This document shows positions 25,801 through 28,629 of a stretch of 28,629 nt of DNA, one piece after another; within the stretch, counting starts at the first letter, position 1, and each line of letters begins with the position of its first letter. A model generated the notes under the pieces. The model searched no databases, was not told the origin of the DNA, and saw only the letters and a program-made list of their open reading frames with translations. Source of the DNA: a virus (lineage: Duplodnaviria; Caudoviricetes); the IMG/VR virus record IMGVR_UViG_3300020472_000127, positions 1 through 28,629 of that record; one strand, given 5' to 3'. Made by a program: the position numbers and the translations under genes.

Positions 25801-27188
25801 ATTCTGGTAGTAATAGAGTAGCATTAGGTAGTACTGATGTTGTATCTTCTGCCTTAATCAATGAGCTTTACTCTGGTGATGTTCTTGAGATTGAGCATTA
25901 TAATCACGGTATGACTGCCGATCAGAATGTAGTTCAACTACAAGATATTGAACCAAATACTCCTCCTGTTCTTTTATCAGATAATTTGGATATTGGTGAT
26001 CAAATAATTTCTGTTGCAAGTACTGCTGGATTTGTTGACTTTGATGGTCAGGCAAATATTGATAAAGGGTACGTTAAGATTAATAGTGAAATTATTTTCT
26101 ACGATAGTGTTGGAACCAATCAATTGGGTATTGGAACTAGAGGAGTAGAAGGTACTATAGAAAGAACTCATAATGCAAATGATATTGCATATAAGTATGA
26201 GTTAAATGGTGTTGGATTGGATAGAATCAATCGAACTCACACATTAGCAGCTTCTGTAAGCAATTCTAGAACTATTGATAAGTATCATATAAAAATTCCA
26301 AGAGTTGATTTAGCTACAGGGGATACTCAGTTAAGCTTTAATAATGAAGCAAATCTTGGTGGAAGAGATATATGGGCTTCTCAGAATTTCCAATATAATA
26401 GAATTATTCCACAGTTTAACTTATTAACTCCTAGTGATACAACTACAATTAGTAGTCAATTGAGATCAACCTCTGGTACAAGTGCTAGTGGAAGTGAAGT
26501 TTCTTTCCTAGATAAAGGATATGAAAATATCACTTTAAATCAACCAAATACGTTAACTACACCTAGAATAGTTTGCTCAGAGGTTAATGAAACAACTCAT
26601 TTAACTGACTTACCTAAGAATAGGTCAATGACTCTTGCAGTTCAATTTAATACTACTGATGCTAATTTATCTCCAGTATTAGATACAATGAATGGTATTG
26701 TAGTTTATCAAAGAAGTAGACTTAATAGTCCAATTACTGATTACATTAGAGATGGTGAATCTGACAATCCTTCTGGAGATCCTCATGCAGGAGTTTACAT
26801 TACAAGGAGAGTTGATTTAAAGAATCCTGCAACTTCCTTAAAGGTATTAGTTGCTGCTTATAGAAACTCTTCTGCCGACTTTAGAGTACTTTATCAACTT
26901 ATTAGAGAAGATACTCCAGATGCTGAACTATCTTGGGAACTATTCCCTGGATATGAGAATCTAAGGGATTTTGGAGATACAGGTCAAAGGATTATTGATC
27001 CTGCTAAGAATACAGGTCATCCTGATTTCTTTGTTCCTGCAAGTAGAGATGATGAATTCTTAGAGTATCAGTTCACTAGTGATGATCTTGTAGAATTTAC
27101 TGGATTTAAAATTAAGTTAGTTTCTAGTGGATCCAATGAAGCATATGCACCAAGATACCAAGACTTTAGAGTTATTGCATTAGCATAA
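19866..27188 (+). CDS. Large virion structural protein, VrlC/DUF4815-like (2440 aa)
   Basis: N-terminal NLN..PYYDDF....FYKVLFKPG.PVQARELT.LQS, APGADR, RTFDESGNY, YYLPRID, RFKTGFFVDDF, VNPF and DPLAQSF are typical of this family; follows gp8 as in cyanomyoviruses. Confidence 0.85.
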   Translation: MPQKTNLNINPYYDDFNKEDNFYKVLFKPGQPVQARELTTLQSQLQNQIESFGSHIFKEGSMVIPGNINYDGQYYSIKITDEHLGIPVALYADKLKGKRLKGEDTGIVVTVDDYKVAGDTSEITHFTLFVKYVESGEDNTIDTLNNGENLLVEESFVYGNTPINAGDSVATLIDADASSTGCAVAIGAGVYFIRGTFVDVSSDKLVLDPYSNSPSYRVGLDIREDIITAKEDSQLYDNARGFSNFAAPGADRFKITTTLIKKNLSDQNDTSFVELVRLDGGEIKKLQNKSQYSIIKDYFAQRTFDESGNYSVKPFEVEIANSLNDGVSNEGVFRSTQVTEQGNTPTDDLMAVKVSAGKAYVKGYDSEKIGTTVLDVEKPRDKQTVDSSLVSYDFGTRLRLNNVFGAPQATGTNSASVVSLFDQRSASDTAGTGTQIGQAKVYTCNLTDSQYTNDSTQFDLYVYDLQLWSIVTTNIALSNTQLPAGAFVRGVSSGATGYAHNQGGGGTTQELTQVSGTFVRGEQIIINEDPSVTVSLTAATAYGINDIKSVYQDTSSISGYAADFVADTVLENWLPEQFNVVNNISITGAAATVAGKNWSGVKEGTIIKYIKPAATVPTFNRISAVAADLNSVTLASCPNITGVCDGTLAPITGYEAPSFVLGVARVGLNNTKGLYAPLAQFDVSDVSLDNSNLIIGSQVTGESTNGSGVLSVNITATGISSAFFESFDAERYSVIYSNGSQGVIDSSQFVLGADGQSFTINGLATNQTNVVVNTTVKKQGIKSKKKDFVRSQRKDILHTSVGVNTVGSGLPLNLNYGIRIEDKEISLGLPDVANIVGVYESIDTAKPILDRLVFVSGLNLNTAAIIGERVTGSTSGAVAQITGRINATTIEIAYLTPMKFVIGELTTFSESNISTNLQNITVGSFLNITDRFALDKGQREEFYDYSRLVRRANFPAPCKTLSIIFNSFVVPAGDTGDVYTVESYNAERFQNDIPYLPNGLRSSDTLDFRPRVVPTSSTTTCPFVDAQRNFGASGNVNSAFIVSPNESSLIGYTYYLPRIDKVMLDTLGNLSVIKGTSSSDPQEPPNIENAMTIATVTLPAYLYDPQDAMINLVDNIRYTMRDIGDLEDRIDNLEVVTSLSLLELDTKTLQVQDADGLSRFKTGFFVDDFKDTNLMDRGNPDCKSDINTETKELNVPLDFYSLKPELALRPDINTETADFSTNLPLVDTNVRKTGDLLTLDYTEVDWIEQPLASRVENVNPFNMVEFTGIIQLSPSTDTWVRTVQTDGGQRVQTGNALPRQRAGVFGMVAGGMAAVTNSINARRNTEPPRGSVFGLGAAAVVRSGSGGSSGSSNGGNRWAGGLFRSAARAVASVPQTNTRGTVIGSFVESIKTSSLPDTHIRSRNVAFVGRAFRPVARHYPFLDSTSGIDIVPKLVEISMTNGTFVKGEVVEIYAPDGTQAGVMRIAQPDHKEGNINTPEDTFNANPYNTSTSLGTAYSASSTVLNIDIASLTDEARGSYWGYIPTGTGVVILGRTSGAEATVTDVRLVCDTYGDIMGSFWFRDPIASPPPPLRWRTGTKTFKLTSSSTNATPLRGSKLISSGETSYTATGIVETFKNTLVIVRRPPPPPEPCDPLAQSFTTDESGGFLTSVDLYFGNKDANERITVQIRTVELGTPTTQVVQDYASITLNPSQINTHPSGEVLTKVTFPSPVYLEPRTEYAIVLLAPTTNNYEAWIAQMGERTVNTQSLPNAESVMVTRQYVGGSLFKSQNGSIWTPSQFEDLKFKLYKAQFVTQPGTAYFYNQNLGSGSQSIPRLMSNAIKTLPRKLRVQHTATTHAATLVTLGVGAKVSEGSAGGTGPTGIIESVGGPISTGSVTNAGSGYDNATYSNVPLYNVIGNGTGGQATVVVSGGVVASISAFGAAGNGYAVGDVVGLTTSSAGLKGTGAELTITATTSQDTIYLKDVHGEEFTAGQDLVYYSGSNRVALGSTDVVSSALINELYSGDVLEIEHYNHGMTADQNVVQLQDIEPNTPPVLLSDNLDIGDQIISVASTAGFVDFDGQANIDKGYVKINSEIIFYDSVGTNQLGIGTRGVEGTIERTHNANDIAYKYELNGVGLDRINRTHTLAASVSNSRTIDKYHIKIPRVDLATGDTQLSFNNEANLGGRDIWASQNFQYNRIIPQFNLLTPSDTTTISSQLRSTSGTSASGSEVSFLDKGYENITLNQPNTLTTPRIVCSEVNETTHLTDLPKNRSMTLAVQFNTTDANLSPVLDTMNGIVVYQRSRLNSPITDYIRDGESDNPSGDPHAGVYITRRVDLKNPATSLKVLVAAYRNSSADFRVLYQLIREDTPDAELSWELFPGYENLRDFGDTGQRIIDPAKNTGHPDFFVPASRDDEFLEYQFTSDDLVEFTGFKIKLVSSGSNEAYAPRYQDFRVIALA

Positions 27189-27388
27189 TGATAAGAGTTG
27201 AGGGTCACACGAATCTTTACAGAGATGAAGATTCTGGTGCTATTATAAATCATGATAGTCAGGGATATAATGAATATATCAAGATGAGGGATCTGAAAAG
27301 ATCCCAAAAAGAAGAAATTGATAAATTAAAAGATGATATTACCGAGATTAAGTCCTTACTTAAGGAATTAGTTAATAATCCTAATTAG
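27188..27388 (+). CDS. Small conserved coiled-coil protein (66 aa)
   Basis: RVEGHTNLYRD..SGAIIN plus heptads EIDKLKDDITEIKSLLKEL; TAATG coupling to the upstream gene. Confidence 0.82.
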   Translation: MIRVEGHTNLYRDEDSGAIINHDSQGYNEYIKMRDLKRSQKEEIDKLKDDITEIKSLLKELVNNPN

Positions 27389-27394
27389 TGTTAG

Positions 27395-27402
27395 CCTAAA
27401 TA
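27395..27402 (+). promoter_or_regulatory. Late promoter variant (CCTAAATA)
   Basis: TAAATA core in a 43-nt intergenic gap, 29 nt before ATG 27432. Confidence 0.55.
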
Positions 27403-27431
27403 TACTTTAGATCCTGAAAATATTTTTATAA

Positions 27432-27770
27432 ATGTCAGTTTACGTAAGTAACCTAACCGTAAATACTGGAACAACCTTTTCCCAAATTTTTAATTTGGAA
27501 AGTACATCATCTAATGCAGCTACAGATTTGACTGGATATAGTATCCAAGCTCAAATGAGAAAGCATCCTGATGCACCAACAAAGACTGATTTTACAGCTA
27601 CTATTGTATCTCCTGCATCAGGGAGAATTAGAGTAGGTCTTAGTACATCAGTTACTAGAGATCTTGCACCAGGTAGGTATATGTATGATGTATTAATTAC
27701 AGATCCTGTAGGAGAAGTAACCAGAGTTGTAGAAGGATCAGTTATGGTTAGGCAGGGAGTGACCAAATAA
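27432..27770 (+). CDS. Putative virion/tail-fibre adaptor beta-sandwich protein (112 aa)
   Basis: NL.VN.GT.F, DLTGY...AQMRKH, GRY.YDV.I and RVVEG.V.V..GVT match a common T4-like tail-associated family. Confidence 0.75.
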   Translation: MSVYVSNLTVNTGTTFSQIFNLESTSSNAATDLTGYSIQAQMRKHPDAPTKTDFTATIVSPASGRIRVGLSTSVTRDLAPGRYMYDVLITDPVGEVTRVVEGSVMVRQGVTK

Positions 27771-27997
27771 TGGCAGATATTAAAGTAAGAGTTGGACAAC
27801 AGAACGCTATTAAGGTTGCATCCTCATTAGCGGGAAATGTTAGCGGTACTTTAGCTGGTCTGAATGATGTGAGTATCGGTAGCCCACAAAATGGAATGGT
27901 GTTGGTTTATAATGCTAGTACTCAGAAATGGGATGCTACATTAGACTTAACTCCAGGAGCAGCACAAAATTTGGACATCAACGGAGGTAGCTTCTAG
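27770..27997 (+). CDS. Small tail-fibre-associated protein (75 aa)
   Basis: L..LNDV.....NG.VLVYN....KW fibre-type repeat and C-terminal INGGSF; TAATG coupling. Confidence 0.75.
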   Translation: MADIKVRVGQQNAIKVASSLAGNVSGTLAGLNDVSIGSPQNGMVLVYNASTQKWDATLDLTPGAAQNLDINGGSF

Positions 27998-27999
27998 AA

Positions 28000-28629
28000 A
28001 TGGCAAGTATTATACGAATAAAAAGATCGACTGGAACTACTGCCCCAGGTTCTCTAGCATTTGGTGAATTAGGTGCTACTCTAGACGGAAGTGGAACACA
28101 AGCAAATAAAGGTGATAGAGTCTTTATTGGTGATAATGGTGGAAATGTACAAGTAATTGGTGGTAGATATTATACAGACTTATTAAGTATTGCACCAGGT
28201 TTAGTTGCTGGTCAGGCAAACCCAACTGCAGCTGCAAGAGGTTTTGTTCCTATTCTTGATCAAAACCGTAAAGTAGATGAATGGAATGTAGATAATTTAA
28301 AATTAGACGCTAATACCGTCTCAACTACAAATACTGATGGAGATCTTTATTTAAATACAAATGGTTCTGGTGAAGTTATTATCCCAGATGATAAATTTTT
28401 AACATTTGGCGATAGTAAAGATGCAAAGATAGAATATGATGAAAATGGAACCGATCAAGTTACTGTTACAGGTGCTGATTGGAGATGGAATATTGCTACA
28501 GATTCAGCAACTAAAGATACAGGTGCTGCTATCTTTGAAGGTGGTGTAGGTATAGAAAAGAGTTTAAATGTTGGTGGTAACTTTACAGTTGCTGGTGTAT
28601 CAACATTTACTGGAATAAGTACATTTACA
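28000..28629 (+). CDS. Tail fibre protein, N-terminal 210 aa (runs off the window); not in the ORF track
   Basis: ATG 28000 after GGAGG. Open to the end: MASIIRIKRSTGTTAPGSLAFGELG...QVIGG (fibre N-terminal anchor type) ...TDSATKDTGAAIFEGGVGIEKSLNVGG...AGVSTFTGISTFT. Confidence 0.85.
   Translation, partial: MASIIRIKRSTGTTAPGSLAFGELGATLDGSGTQANKGDRVFIGDNGGNVQVIGGRYYTDLLSIAPGLVAGQANPTAAARGFVPILDQNRKVDEWNVDNLKLDANTVSTTNTDGDLYLNTNGSGEVIIPDDKFLTFGDSKDAKIEYDENGTDQVTVTGADWRWNIATDSATKDTGAAIFEGGVGIEKSLNVGGNFTVAGVSTFTGISTFT

Noticed and set aside
4984-27188. Inteins, introns or homing endonucleases explaining the giant ORFs
   Set aside because: No Hint-type splice junction motifs or LAGLIDADG/HNH/GIY-YIG signatures noticed; structural repeats account for the length.
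19866-27188. VrlC similarity as evidence of a virulence factor
   Set aside because: The name comes from the Dichelobacter vrl locus; in T4-like cyanophages this family is a routine virion protein downstream of gp8.
108-27799. All minus-strand ORFs in the track (e.g. 6126..6509, 12375..12629, 23729..23998, 27551..27799)
   Set aside because: Antisense shadows of long + strand genes, with mostly non-ATG starts, biased composition and no recognisable motifs.

Overview
This is an AT-rich fragment of a T4-like marine cyanomyovirus genome, resembling Prochlorococcus/Synechococcus phages of the P-SSM2/S-SM2 type (lineage recognised from sequence style, not from a search). All credible genes are on the + strand. 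The first ~2.5 kb holds the 3' end of a hypothetical gene with a terminator, an AbrB-like gene, a GT-A-fold glycosyltransferase behind a perfect TTGACA-N17-TATAAT promoter, and several translationally coupled small ORFs. Two of those small ORFs, plus a third just after the late promoter, are missing from the ORF track. A cUUCGg terminator followed by a T4 late promoter (TATAAATA) marks the switch to the baseplate/tail module: gp25, gp6, a giant 4427-aa gp7-like protein, gp8, a 2440-aa VrlC/DUF4815-like protein, three small proteins and the start of a tail fibre. I see no tRNA, CRISPR, integrase, reverse transcriptase or mobile element, and no clearly new system is demonstrated. The best leads are: (i) a G-[IVL]-[GST]-T motif recurring across unrelated virion proteins next to a phage glycosyltransferase; (ii) nested, possibly circularly permuted modules in gp7; (iii) a repetitive amphipathic insert and a polyPro-Asp-Pro junction in the VrlC-like protein; (iv) a repeat-rich intergenic region at ~390-545.
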